Positions 1-9,551 of a stretch of DNA of 64,000 nucleotides are shown here, piece after piece. Source of the DNA: Bdellovibrionales bacterium (GTDB lineage Bacteria; Bdellovibrionota; Bdellovibrionia; Bdellovibrionales; UBA1609); NCBI GenBank assembly GCA_965199825.1, contig OZ241329.1, positions 1,760,001-1,824,000 on the forward strand. The letters run 5' to 3'. Numbering within the stretch: the stretch's first letter is position 1; the number at the start of each line of letters is the position of its first letter. The notes beneath the pieces were generated by a model that saw only the letters and a list, made by a program, of their open reading frames with translations, was not told the origin of the DNA and searched no databases. A program made the translations under genes and the position numbers.

Positions 1-78
1 ACTAGGAGGTTGATAGGTGGTGGGTGTAATTGGAGTAATCCATTAAGCTGAACCATACTAATTTGTCGTGAGGCTTCT
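1..78 (+). rRNA. rrl: 23S rRNA, 3' end (partial)
   Basis: GTTGATAGG...GTGTAA...AGCTGAACCATACTAAT...CGTGAGGCTT follows the conserved 3' terminus of bacterial 23S rRNA and is followed by 5S; exact end approximate. Confidence 0.9.
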
Positions 79-133
79 TTTGAAAACTTTCTTGCTAAGA
101 ATGACTTGAACTTAAAATACGATATTAATTTTT

Positions 134-249
134 GCTGGTGTCACTAGCGGCGGGGCCACACCTGATCCCATCTCGAACTCAGAAGTTAAGCCCGCCAGCG
201 GCGATGGTATTGCAGATGTAAATCTGTGGGAGAGTAGCACGATGCCAGC
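134..249 (+). rRNA. rrf: 5S rRNA
   Basis: 116 nt; pairing termini GCTGGTG/TGCCAGC; conserved CACCTGATCCCATCTCGAACTCAGAAGTTAAG and GGGAGAGTAG motifs. Confidence 0.97.
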
Positions 250-261
250 TCTTTTTTTGTT

Positions 262-294
262 AACCCGGTTAGGAAACTAGCCGGGTTTTTTTTT
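262..294 (+). terminator. Rho-independent terminator of the rRNA operon
   Basis: Hairpin AACCCGGTTAG-GAAA-CTAGCCGGGTT followed by a T run. Confidence 0.9.
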
Positions 295-303
295 GTTCAA
301 AAA

Positions 304-1491
304 TTGAATTCGAGGTTGTTGTTGAGATTTCGATTACTATTTTTATTGATATTGAATGCAGCATGTTCCTCGAACTTAAAATCAATGTCTTTGCCTAATG
401 TGACTTCGTCCTCCGTTCGAATTTTAAATCCAGCTTTGAATTCGGTATGCGTTTCATCGGTTGTGGTGGAAGGCGAATGTGTTTCTGGAATTACGGTTCA
501 CCTTGAAGGCAGTGGAATTGCGGTGCCTGTCGCAGTTGATTGTGTGGGTGGACTTTTTTCTCAGCAACTTTCATTTACTGCAGGGCTTGGTGCGAAGGTT
601 GTTACGGTTTCACAGACTGACAGTTCGCAAAATATCTCTACCGACAGTCGCATTTTGATAAGCGGAAATTTGCTCACAACCAGCGATACCAATTTAAAAA
701 ATGGAAGTGCGGTGACTCAAAACTATTACGCACCGGGCACCTCATCTGGTGTTTCGCTTGTAGGGCAGGCCGGTAACCCTCAAGGGTTGTGGGTTTTATT
801 TCCGGATCCATGGGGACTGACTGCTGGAAGTGGCGCGATCACCCAAACTTATTCGGGTTCAGGATCTGTGGTCATGAACATTAACTTAACGGGACTTAAT
901 AACACTCCGGTTAATGCTTATCCTTTTATTGGATTGGGCGGGGACGCCTTTGGATATCACAACGGAAATCAACCCCCACAATTTCCGGCGCGATTGAGTT
1001 CGATGGCCTCGTTAATTTTTGATGTGAGTTATTCCGTTATGGGATCTTATTTTAATTTGGCCGATGCACTATTTGATCTTTGGTTGATTCCGAGTGCGGG
1101 CTATTCGGCAGGTCCATCGGGTGCTCTTGAAGTTGAAATCCTACCATTTTGTATCACACCCGCTCGCGCAGGGACTTTTGTAAAAACCTTTGTCGTCCCC
1201 GCGATCGTAAATGGGAATGCAACGACTCTGAGTTTCGATGAGTATTCATCGGGAAGTGGTGCAGGAAATGATGTTTTATTTTATCCTACTGTGGCGAATG
1301 GTCTAAGCTCTGCACACATCCGTTTTGATGCTCTTTTATTTTTAAATGAGGCTGCACGTACTGCCAATTTAGATCAGAGTTGGATGAATGCAGGATTTAA
1401 TTTTGGAACCGAGTTTGGGCTATCAGCCACGCAGAATTACACATTTACGATTTCTCAACTTGGCATTGAGCAGATGATGATTGAGCCTTGA
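304..1491 (+). CDS. Putative lipoprotein with an Ig-like N-terminal domain and a GH12-like (endoglucanase-like) C-terminal domain
   Basis: Lipobox-like LNAAC; beta-rich Cys-paired N-domain; GH12-like motifs NAYPFIG, DALFDLWL, ALEVEIL (nucleophile Glu region) and FGTEFG (acid/base Glu). TTG start uncertain. Confidence 0.6.
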   Translation: MNSRLLLRFRLLFLLILNAACSSNLKSMSLPNVTSSSVRILNPALNSVCVSSVVVEGECVSGITVHLEGSGIAVPVAVDCVGGLFSQQLSFTAGLGAKVVTVSQTDSSQNISTDSRILISGNLLTTSDTNLKNGSAVTQNYYAPGTSSGVSLVGQAGNPQGLWVLFPDPWGLTAGSGAITQTYSGSGSVVMNINLTGLNNTPVNAYPFIGLGGDAFGYHNGNQPPQFPARLSSMASLIFDVSYSVMGSYFNLADALFDLWLIPSAGYSAGPSGALEVEILPFCITPARAGTFVKTFVVPAIVNGNATTLSFDEYSSGSGAGNDVLFYPTVANGLSSAHIRFDALLFLNEAARTANLDQSWMNAGFNFGTEFGLSATQNYTFTISQLGIEQMMIEP

Positions 1492-1513
1492 ATAAGAATA
1501 TCTACCGTTCGTT

Positions 1514-2032
1514 CTAGGGTAAGTAGCCTTTTGGAAGTTGCGTAGCTAGGTCTTTGCTACTCGTGAATTTTGCTTTATTTGAGGCGCAAATAAGATCTGT
1601 GTCTCCGGGAAAGTGTTTTGAAGGGAGATCGGCAAAGACAACACGGGCTTGATCTTTGGTTTCATCGAGCGAAATCATCATAAAAATTGTGAGACGACAG
1701 GTTCTTTGATCTTTAGTTACAAACTCTTTTTCGATCCACGCCAGCTTTCCGTTTTTATCTTTGTCATCATCAATTACAAAATGGTCGATGAGCTTGTTGG
1801 GAAAAAAATAGGTTATTGTTGTTCCAAAAGTTTGTCTTAATTTTTTTTCAATATTTTTTTGGATAGGTTCGGCTTTGGTATTTATCAATTTCAAAATCTG
1901 AGCTTGTACATCTACCTGAATCTTTGTGCTCTTGAATTCAGCCGCCTGAAGCGGATTTTTTGCGGATCCAAAAATATGAGACGCTTGAGCAGCGCAACTC
2001 ATGAAACATAAAGCTAAAACAAATTTGAACAT
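1514..2032 (-). CDS. Secreted hypothetical protein
   Basis: ORF 1514..2047; ATG at 2032 gives a signal peptide MFKFVLALCFMSCAAQA. Confidence 0.65.
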   Translation of the reverse strand: MFKFVLALCFMSCAAQASHIFGSAKNPLQAAEFKSTKIQVDVQAQILKLINTKAEPIQKNIEKKLRQTFGTTITYFFPNKLIDHFVIDDDKDKNGKLAWIEKEFVTKDQRTCRLTIFMMISLDETKDQARVVFADLPSKHFPGDTDLICASNKAKFTSSKDLATQLPKGYLP

Positions 2033-2042
2033 GCCTTTAATG

Positions 2043-2059
2043 AGCAATCAGAATGCCGA
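2043..2059 (-). promoter_or_regulatory. Candidate sigma54 (-24/-12) promoter
   Basis: Minus strand TCGGCATTCTGATTGCT: GG-N10-GC spacing, 12 nt upstream of ATG 2032. Confidence 0.4.
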
Positions 2060-2126
2060 ATTAAAAACACTCCAATGGGTTTTAAAGTGTTGATAAGTTG
2101 GATATTGGGCCGCAAAAGGGCTTTAG

Positions 2127-3146
2127 TTACTTAAGAGCTTCGCGCAAATAAGCTGAGGAAGCGTCCATAAGCCAAACCACAATGGCGATCACAAAGATGA
2201 TGCAGCCGACTTCGGGCCACATGGCTTGGCCCTGATATTTGATCAACATCGTTCCAATGCCGCCGCCGCCTACGAGTCCGATAATGGTGGCCATCCGCAC
2301 ATTGATATCCCAGCGATAAATGGTGAATGAGATAAATGGCAAAACCACTTGGGGAACGATGGCAAACCAAATCACCTGAAGGTTTGAGGCGCCGGTCGAT
2401 AAAATTCCTTCGATGGGACCTTCTGAAACCGACTCAACCATTTCGGAATATTGTTTGGTGAGCGATGCGATCGAGTGAATCATCAGGGCGAGCATTCCGG
2501 CAAATGGGCCAATCCCCACCCAAACCGAAAAGATGATAGCCCAAATAAGAGGTTCGACAGATCTCACAATATTGAGGCCTGTTCTCAAAATCACATAGAG
2601 TGTGAAAGCCAGAGGATGGCGCATAATATTTTTTGCGCATAAAAAACTTAAGACGAATGCTAAAGGGATCGCAACAACGGTAGCTAAGAATGCGATAAAG
2701 ATGGTCTCGAAGATATTTAGAACAGCGCGAGGCAAAATTTTGAAATTCGGATGAATCAAACCTGAAAACAGCCGCATGGCTCCATCAAACCCATTGCGGT
2801 CGGCTAATTCTGAAAATGAAAAATCGGTCATCCTAAATGACAAAATTAAAAGCAGTGAAAAACAGACGAGAAGTTGCCAGGCCCAAAAGTTTTTAAAAAA
2901 AGGTTTTTGCTCTCGGTATCTCATCCGCTGTGGAGATTCAAAAAGCAGTCCCCCAAGAGTGAGTTTTGAATATCTAAAAAAAAGTTCGCTTAGCAAACAT
3001 CCAGGAATAAAAAAACCGGCAAAGAGAAGGCAATTTCGTGAAAGCGCTAAGAGATCTTCTTCACTAGGTTGAAACGCCCATAAGATAAGAACTAATGCGA
3101 TGAAAGCAAAGCTCGTCCCGTCAAAAAGAAGTCGCTTAACTAACAT
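2127..3146 (-). CDS. phnE: Phosphonate/phosphite ABC transporter permease with N-terminal membrane extension
   Basis: RSVEPLIWAIIF, GIGPFAG and YRWDINVRMATIIGLVGGGGIG motifs; likely ATG at 3146 overlapping the phnC end. Confidence 0.9.
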   Translation of the reverse strand: MLVKRLLFDGTSFAFIALVLILWAFQPSEEDLLALSRNCLLFAGFFIPGCLLSELFFRYSKLTLGGLLFESPQRMRYREQKPFFKNFWAWQLLVCFSLLLILSFRMTDFSFSELADRNGFDGAMRLFSGLIHPNFKILPRAVLNIFETIFIAFLATVVAIPLAFVLSFLCAKNIMRHPLAFTLYVILRTGLNIVRSVEPLIWAIIFSVWVGIGPFAGMLALMIHSIASLTKQYSEMVESVSEGPIEGILSTGASNLQVIWFAIVPQVVLPFISFTIYRWDINVRMATIIGLVGGGGIGTMLIKYQGQAMWPEVGCIIFVIAIVVWLMDASSAYLREALK

Positions 3147-3906
3147 GAACTTCCTTGGCGCCCTCGCCGTATATTTTTCTAAACCATTCTTCATTGATCT
3201 CGGAGGGAGACCCTTCAAAAACGATAGAACCGGCTTTTAGCGCAATCACACGGGTGGCGTATTGCCGAACCAAACTTAAAAAGTGGAGGTTCGCAATGAT
3301 TGTAATTCCGAGTTTTTCATTTACCTTTTTTAAATAATCCATGACCGCATGGCAGGTTGCAGGATCCAGACTGGCGACGGGCTCATCAGCCAAAAGCATT
3401 TGTGGGTTCTGCATTAAAGCCCGAGCAATTGCGACACGCTGTTGCTGACCACCCGAAAGTTGATCAGCACGAAGGCGCGCTTTATCCCCAATTCCTACAA
3501 GATTAAGATATTCCATCGCTTCGGAACGATCGCTTTTAGAAAACGATCCAAACATAGATCTTAAACTCGAAACATTGGCTAAGCGTCCCATGAGAACATT
3601 ACTTAAAACAGAATGACGTGGGATCAAATTGAAGTGTTGAAAAATCATGGCCACTTGTTGGCGCAGACTGCGAACTTCGCGGCCGCGCACTTTTGAGATG
3701 TCCTTGCCATTGATTTCAACTCTTCCACTGGAGGGATCGTGGAGCCGATTCAAGCAGCGAAGAAGTGTCGATTTGCCAGAACCTGAGAGGCCTATTACAA
3801 CCAAGAATTCGCCTTTTTTTACTTCAAACGAGACATCTTTGAGTGCGTGAACACCATTACTATAAATCTTGTTTAGATCTGAAACCTTGAGTTGGAGCGA
3901 ACTCAT
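3136..3906 (-). CDS. phnC: Phosphonate ABC transporter ATP-binding protein
   Basis: Walker A GLSGSGKS, LSGGQQQRVAIARAL, DEPVASLDP, NLH. Confidence 0.93.
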   Translation of the reverse strand: MSSLQLKVSDLNKIYSNGVHALKDVSFEVKKGEFLVVIGLSGSGKSTLLRCLNRLHDPSSGRVEINGKDISKVRGREVRSLRQQVAMIFQHFNLIPRHSVLSNVLMGRLANVSSLRSMFGSFSKSDRSEAMEYLNLVGIGDKARLRADQLSGGQQQRVAIARALMQNPQMLLADEPVASLDPATCHAVMDYLKKVNEKLGITIIANLHFLSLVRQYATRVIALKAGSIVFEGSPSEINEEWFRKIYGEGAKEVHVS

Positions 3907-4808
3907 TTGACCAACTCAGAAGCTGACTTTCCAAGCGACACTAGAATTTCTCGAACTTTATCATAATCCGAGTCGTTCGCAATTTTGAGATCAGACACGC
4001 CGTAAAGTTGATCAAAGGCTATCTTGCCCTCAGGCGTTTTAATGTAAGCCACTAAAGAATCGACAATTTTATTTTGCATTTCTTGGGGAAAATCTTTGCG
4101 AACAAGAATGGGGTCATTAGGCAGTGGATCGGTGAGTTCTATAATTTTTATTTTTTGCTCGACGTCTGGGTATTGGGTTTTAACAAGCATTCTAGAATCT
4201 TGAATTTTGCCCTCAAATGGAGGTGTGTAAAACGCGGCGCCTGCATCGACCTGCCCTTGATAAATCATCGAGACGACTCCATCGTGGCGCATTGCAAACG
4301 TATCTTGTTTGGTTTTTATCCCTCGATCTCGAAGCATCTTGAGCGGCAGAAGATAACCTGATGCTGAAGCTGAATCGACGTAGGCAATCCGTTTTCCATT
4401 GAGATCTTTTAAGGTTTTAATCGGGCCGTCAGCTCGAGCCAAAAATTCACCTTTGTAGGTGGAAAGACCGTGACGAACCACCGTCAAAATGGCGCGTGCA
4501 CCGTATTTTTCATGGGCAAGGATATAACCAAAAGTGTTTAGTGCTGCAATGTCTGCCCGATTTGTTCCGAGAGCCTCAACAACAGCGACGTAGCTTGTTG
4601 GAATTGAAACTTTGTAATGAAGACCCGTGGTCTTTTCGAGATAAGCTTTGATGACCTTTGAGTTGTCCTCAATTGCTTTCACGTCCACCGATGGGACAAA
4701 AAACATTTTGACTGGATTACTCTCAGAGCCAAGCTCTGCTTTTTGCTGAGTACAACCCGCAAAAATCCAGCAAAGGACTAAAATGAACAGGCAGTTTTTT
4801 TGTTTCAT
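3903..4808 (-). CDS. phnD: Phosphate/phosphite/phosphonate ABC substrate-binding lipoprotein
   Basis: Lipobox FAGC, SASGYLLP, HDG motif; in operon with phnC/phnE; ATG at 4808. Confidence 0.88.
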   Translation of the reverse strand: MKQKNCLFILVLCWIFAGCTQQKAELGSESNPVKMFFVPSVDVKAIEDNSKVIKAYLEKTTGLHYKVSIPTSYVAVVEALGTNRADIAALNTFGYILAHEKYGARAILTVVRHGLSTYKGEFLARADGPIKTLKDLNGKRIAYVDSASASGYLLPLKMLRDRGIKTKQDTFAMRHDGVVSMIYQGQVDAGAAFYTPPFEGKIQDSRMLVKTQYPDVEQKIKIIELTDPLPNDPILVRKDFPQEMQNKIVDSLVAYIKTPEGKIAFDQLYGVSDLKIANDSDYDKVREILVSLGKSASELVK

Positions 4809-4847
4809 CGCGTGCAAGGTAACAAAAGAGTTTAGCGCGGCCAAGCT

Positions 4848-5303
4848 TTACTGGCCGATTGCTCGCATAAAAGCAGCCACGGTTCTTTCTTCTATAGAAT
4901 CTGCATTTCTCAAAATAAGAGTTCGGCCAAGTTCCCACACAAGATTGCCGGTTTTGTTGTCGTAAATGTCATATTGAACGATTACCGCATCGCTGTCCGT
5001 GTCGGTCCAGCTGACTAAAAGGATCTCCATGCGATGCCCACCTTGAGACTTTTTGTCGATGGGCGCATGAAGGGTAGGAAGCCAGCCCAGAACTTGAGGG
5101 TTTCCTCCAACGACCTTAATCTCTGAGAGGTCATAAAATGCGGGCGGTACGCTCTTTGATTTTTTGAGCGTGTTTAAATCTCGAATCCATAAAGATTCAA
5201 ATTTTTGTTCTGGGGTTTGTTGGTGAAAATGGATCCAGTTCCAAACCAAAAATCCAAAGGCCGAGGTCGAAATGAGGAGGAGGAGCAAAGCGAATGTTCT
5301 CAT
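4848..5303 (-). CDS. Membrane-anchored hypothetical protein
   Basis: ORF 4848..5351; likely ATG 5303 followed by a hydrophobic helix. Confidence 0.6.
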   Translation of the reverse strand: MRTFALLLLLISTSAFGFLVWNWIHFHQQTPEQKFESLWIRDLNTLKKSKSVPPAFYDLSEIKVVGGNPQVLGWLPTLHAPIDKKSQGGHRMEILLVSWTDTDSDAVIVQYDIYDNKTGNLVWELGRTLILRNADSIEERTVAAFMRAIGQ

Positions 5304-5373
5304 AAGTTGGGTGAAAGAATGACACAAGCGGTTAGGTCTGGCACTTACCATTTTGCTTTGTCAGCGTTGAATC

Positions 5374-6375
5374 ATGAAAGTTCTAGTTTTAATGCATGAA
5401 GATTTAGTGCCCGAATCGGGCGCAAACCCCAAGGAGTGTCAAACCGAACGGGACGTGATCGAGGGTTTAAAGGTCGGGGGTCATGAGGTTTCGACCTTGG
5501 GAGTTGGGCGATCGTTAGGGGCAGTGCGCCAGGCACTTTTTAATTTTAAACCTCACGTGGTTTTTAATTTATTAGAAGAATTCGCGGGCAATGCCCGGTT
5601 TGAATCTCATGTGGTTTCTTATTTAGAGATGAAAAATGTGGCCTACACGGGATGCAACGCTCGAGGACTTCAACTTGCCAAAGATAAAGCAATCGCCAAT
5701 GCGATTTTACAACATCACAAAATTTTAACCCCACAATTTGAGGTTTTTCCGCGTGGAAGAAAATTTTTAAAACTTCCACCCCATCTAAAGTTTCCACTTA
5801 TTGTTAAGGCATTAAGTGAGGAGGCCTCAAAAGGTTTAACCACACAGAGTGTTGTTACCAACACAGCTGCATTAAAAAAACAAATTGAACGTATGCACGA
5901 GCAAGTTGGAGCCGATGCCTTAGTCGAAGAGTACATCGATGGGAGAGAGCTTTACTTTAGTTTGATTGGAAACAATCGGCTCAAGACTTTACCTGTTTGG
6001 GAATTGCAATTTGGAAGTTTGCCCAAAAGGTGGCCCCGAGTCGCTACCGAAAAATTAAAGTGGAATAAAGAATTTCAAAAAAAATATATTATTGATTCCG
6101 GTGAAGCGATTGATTTGTCTCATCGTCAGATTGAAGCAATGAAACAGATTTCAAAAAAGGCCTACGAAATTTTGGGCTTGAGTGGCTATGCTCGTATGGA
6201 CTTAAGAATGAATCCGGATGGCCAAATCTATTTTCTTGAAGCAAATCCCAATCCCAATATCAGTGCGGATGAAGATTTCGCGCAAGCCGCTTCAACCGGA
6301 GGGTATGACTACCCTCAGCTGCTCGATACTATAGTTCGTTTAGGAGTTCGGTGGACGAAAGATTCAAATTACTAA
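5374..6375 (+). CDS. D-alanine--D-alanine ligase family ATP-grasp enzyme
   Basis: VFNLLE, YTG...AKDK, PLIVK...S.G, VEEYIDGRE, GYARMD, LEANPNP; lacks the canonical Ddl N-terminal GGxSxE, so substrate unknown. Confidence 0.8.
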   Translation: MKVLVLMHEDLVPESGANPKECQTERDVIEGLKVGGHEVSTLGVGRSLGAVRQALFNFKPHVVFNLLEEFAGNARFESHVVSYLEMKNVAYTGCNARGLQLAKDKAIANAILQHHKILTPQFEVFPRGRKFLKLPPHLKFPLIVKALSEEASKGLTTQSVVTNTAALKKQIERMHEQVGADALVEEYIDGRELYFSLIGNNRLKTLPVWELQFGSLPKRWPRVATEKLKWNKEFQKKYIIDSGEAIDLSHRQIEAMKQISKKAYEILGLSGYARMDLRMNPDGQIYFLEANPNPNISADEDFAQAASTGGYDYPQLLDTIVRLGVRWTKDSNY

Positions 6376-8125
6376 TTGCAAATGCAGAGTTGATCAGTCC
6401 GACATGTGAGTAGGCTTGTGGAAAATTGCCTGAGCGAATTCGGCTCTTAGGTTCGTAATGTTCCGAAAATAATCCAATGCTGCTTGCCGAAGGTAAAAGA
6501 TTTTTTAGCACAACCAAGGCATGCTCATTTTCACCCACAGCCGCAAGTGCCTGCACCAGCCAAAATCCACAAATCAAAAATGCAGATTGAGGTGTTCCAA
6601 AATCATCGCGTCGTAAGTAGCGATATAAAAAACCGTAAGAGGCAGGCTCATTGGAAACTTGGAGTTCATGCTGAATGGCGTGAATTGTTTTTTCGCATAA
6701 AGATCGATTTGGAAAGTTGAGAACGGGCAGCAAAAGCAGGCACGCATCGAGGGTATGATCGGTTGGACCGTTTTGTAGAACCCCATCCACTACCGCGTTC
6801 ATTACCGCTTTTTCGGCCTTCCGTTTTTCTTGTCCAATATCAAGACTTAGATCTCTTAAATATCCTTTTGACTGAAGTCGCTCACCACATTCGAGTCCTG
6901 CCCAACACAGGAGATTAGAAAATGTGTGCTCGCGCCATCCGCCACGTATTTCCCAAAGCCCTGCATCGGGCTCGGATAAATGGAGCGCGCAGCACTGAAT
7001 TAACACTCCAATCAATCTTTCGGCTTCGGGAGTTCGGTATTCGGCAAAACGTTCTTCGAAGAAAATTGGACACAAAGATAAAATAGCTTCGCCGTAAACA
7101 TCATTTTGAATGTGTTCTGAGGCTTGGTTGCGCGTTCGAACCGGACGACTTCCTTGATAGCCCTCCCAATTTTCATGAATCAACTCGGCCAACGGAATAG
7201 TGCAATCCACCGTATAGAGCGGCTTCAGACCATGTTCTAAGATGTCTGCCGACGCTACGAGCTTTAAAAGATAATTGAGATACCCAGCGATCTCTTCGGT
7301 CTGACCCAAATTTTGGAGAGCTGACAAAACAAAATAAGAATCGCGAATCCAACAAAATCTATAATCCCAATTGCGTGTGGCGCCGATTTCTTCGGGCAAA
7401 CTGGTTGTCAATGCCGCAAGGATTGCTCCTGTATTTTCAAAACAGTGAAGCTTGAGTGCAAGGGCTGAGCGAATCGTTTCCTCGCGTAATTTCTTAGGCA
7501 GTTTACAGCCTCGCACCCACTCTTCCCAGTACTCGCGGGTCTTTTTTAAGAGCTCATCGCCTTGGGCATAGATTTCACCAGTCATTGCTGTGCCATGTGA
7601 AAATCCAAAGATCCAAGATTGATCAAGCTCAACCTCTTCATGATTTAAGAGTCGAGCAAGAGGCGCATTGCTCTGAAGAGTGAGTCCTTCGTTTTCAAAA
7701 ACAAATTTTGCTTCATGTTCTTTGATCGACACCGGTGTTAATGGCGTTTTTTCCCAACCATGAACGGGTTGAAATCGCATCGTGAGCTTGGGATTGCCTT
7801 TGAGGCGTTCGATCTTACGAATGACCGTGGCGGGTCGATAGTTCACCCCATCTTTTTTAAATCTCGGGCAAAAATCCAGAATCCGAAATTGACTGCCATC
7901 TCGCAAGCTGAAGTGAGTCGATAAAATATTGGTGTTGTGAATATAAGACTGAAAACATTGGAATGGTCCAGAAGGGAGGAGACTCCAAGTCCCGCCAGCT
8001 CGATCAAGGATGCATCCAAAAACTGGCGAACTGTCTGGTTGAGGAATACACAACCATTCGATTGCGCCTGCATGAGAGATCAGGGCCGAGACTTGGCAAT
8101 TGCCGATCAAACCATAATTATACAT
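6329..8125 (-). CDS. Glycoside hydrolase family 15 (trehalase/glucoamylase-like)
   Basis: YGLIGNC, TTSLPE...RNWDYRFCWIRD, GLWEIR, LFSEH, GNFPQAYSHVGLI. Confidence 0.93.
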   Translation of the reverse strand: MYNYGLIGNCQVSALISHAGAIEWLCIPQPDSSPVFGCILDRAGGTWSLLPSGPFQCFQSYIHNTNILSTHFSLRDGSQFRILDFCPRFKKDGVNYRPATVIRKIERLKGNPKLTMRFQPVHGWEKTPLTPVSIKEHEAKFVFENEGLTLQSNAPLARLLNHEEVELDQSWIFGFSHGTAMTGEIYAQGDELLKKTREYWEEWVRGCKLPKKLREETIRSALALKLHCFENTGAILAALTTSLPEEIGATRNWDYRFCWIRDSYFVLSALQNLGQTEEIAGYLNYLLKLVASADILEHGLKPLYTVDCTIPLAELIHENWEGYQGSRPVRTRNQASEHIQNDVYGEAILSLCPIFFEERFAEYRTPEAERLIGVLIQCCALHLSEPDAGLWEIRGGWREHTFSNLLCWAGLECGERLQSKGYLRDLSLDIGQEKRKAEKAVMNAVVDGVLQNGPTDHTLDACLLLLPVLNFPNRSLCEKTIHAIQHELQVSNEPASYGFLYRYLRRDDFGTPQSAFLICGFWLVQALAAVGENEHALVVLKNLLPSASSIGLFSEHYEPKSRIRSGNFPQAYSHVGLINSAFAISNLNLSSTELLNEL

Positions 8126-9551
8126 TCATTCCCTGACTTGCGAGAGGTGAAGCGATTTCTTCTAAAGATTTTTTTTCTGCATCGATTCCATAAACGAATT
8201 CGATTGTCGCAGCAACAAACATCAGAATTGCCACAGCAAAATAGCCATAACAAATGAGTTCGCGCTGGGCAGTGGAGATCAAAACACTAAAAATATAAGG
8301 CGCTAAAACTCCACCTACACCTGTGCCTAACGCGAAAAAGATGGCAATAGCTAACCCGCGAGTTTCTAGAGGAAATATTTCGCTCACAGTCAAATAGGCC
8401 GAACTTGCGGCGGCGGATCCAAAGAAAAATATAATGGTCCAAAGAAGTGTTTGAGTTTGGGCAGTGAGATAGCCCTGCATAAAAAGATAACCGGTTATAA
8501 GTAGAAGCAATGCCGAGATGGCGTATGTTCCACCTATCATGATGCGTCTGCCGACCGAATCAAAAAATGGTCCCAAAACAAAAGGACCAATTAAATTTCC
8601 TAAAGCAAAAGGAAATAAAAACAGCCCAGTCTCACTTGGATCAATATTATAAAAAGTTGTTAAGACGAGAGCGTAGGTGAAAAAAATCGAATTATAAAGA
8701 AAAGCCTGGGCAATGATCAATGCCAAGCTCACGACCGAATGCCTTCGGTACCTGGTCCACAAAATAGTCACCAAATCTTTAAGTGGTAAGCAGGGACTAA
8801 TATTCATTCGAAGAAGAGGAATTTCTTTTGAAAGTTGAATGCCTTGTTGTTGTTCAATTTGTCTTTCGATTGTCGAAACAATTTGTTCGGCTTCTTGTGA
8901 TCTGCCGTGAACAACAAGCCACCGTGGGCTTTCGGGCACAAATCGTCTAAGAAATAAAACCATCACACTCATCAGTGCGCCAATACCAAATCCCACTCGC
9001 CAACCCACATCAGGCGAAAAATAATTGGGATCCAATATAATAAATGTCGAGAGCGAAGCCAAAGCAGCCCCCAACCAATAAGAGGCGTTTACCATAAGGC
9101 CCACGCGGCCGCGCACCCGGGCAGGTATAAGTTCATCCACCGCAGAATTAATTGCGGTATACTCGCCGCCAATTCCTAAACCGGTTAAAAAACGAAAAAA
9201 ACAAAAGCTGGTGAGATTCCACGAGAAGGCACTGGCAATTGCACCCACCAAATAAATCCCGAGAGTCACATAAAACATTTTTTTTCGACCGTAGCGGTCG
9301 GTGAGAAATCCAAATACCAGCGCTCCAATGACGGTGCCCAGCATATAAAATGAAATGATAAGACCGATATTTTCGGTGGTTAAACCGAGCGATAAAGGAT
9401 GTTGGAGCATACTGCTCACAGCACTTTTAAGAGCGACTTCAAGCCCATCCAAAATCCAAGTCACTCCTAAAACAATAACCACAAACCAATGAAACCGACT
9501 CCAGGGCAGTCGATCTAGTCGCGCAGGAATATTTGTGGTTATGATGCTCAA
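8118..9551 (-). CDS. MFS transporter (sugar/metabolite porter-like)
   Basis: ARLDRLPWSRFH, DRYGRKK motif A, GIGGEY, PESPRWL, EIFPLETRG; 12-TM pattern. Confidence 0.92.
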   Translation of the reverse strand: MSIITTNIPARLDRLPWSRFHWFVVIVLGVTWILDGLEVALKSAVSSMLQHPLSLGLTTENIGLIISFYMLGTVIGALVFGFLTDRYGRKKMFYVTLGIYLVGAIASAFSWNLTSFCFFRFLTGLGIGGEYTAINSAVDELIPARVRGRVGLMVNASYWLGAALASLSTFIILDPNYFSPDVGWRVGFGIGALMSVMVLFLRRFVPESPRWLVVHGRSQEAEQIVSTIERQIEQQQGIQLSKEIPLLRMNISPCLPLKDLVTILWTRYRRHSVVSLALIIAQAFLYNSIFFTYALVLTTFYNIDPSETGLFLFPFALGNLIGPFVLGPFFDSVGRRIMIGGTYAISALLLLITGYLFMQGYLTAQTQTLLWTIIFFFGSAAASSAYLTVSEIFPLETRGLAIAIFFALGTGVGGVLAPYIFSVLISTAQRELICYGYFAVAILMFVAATIEFVYGIDAEKKSLEEIASPLASQGMNV

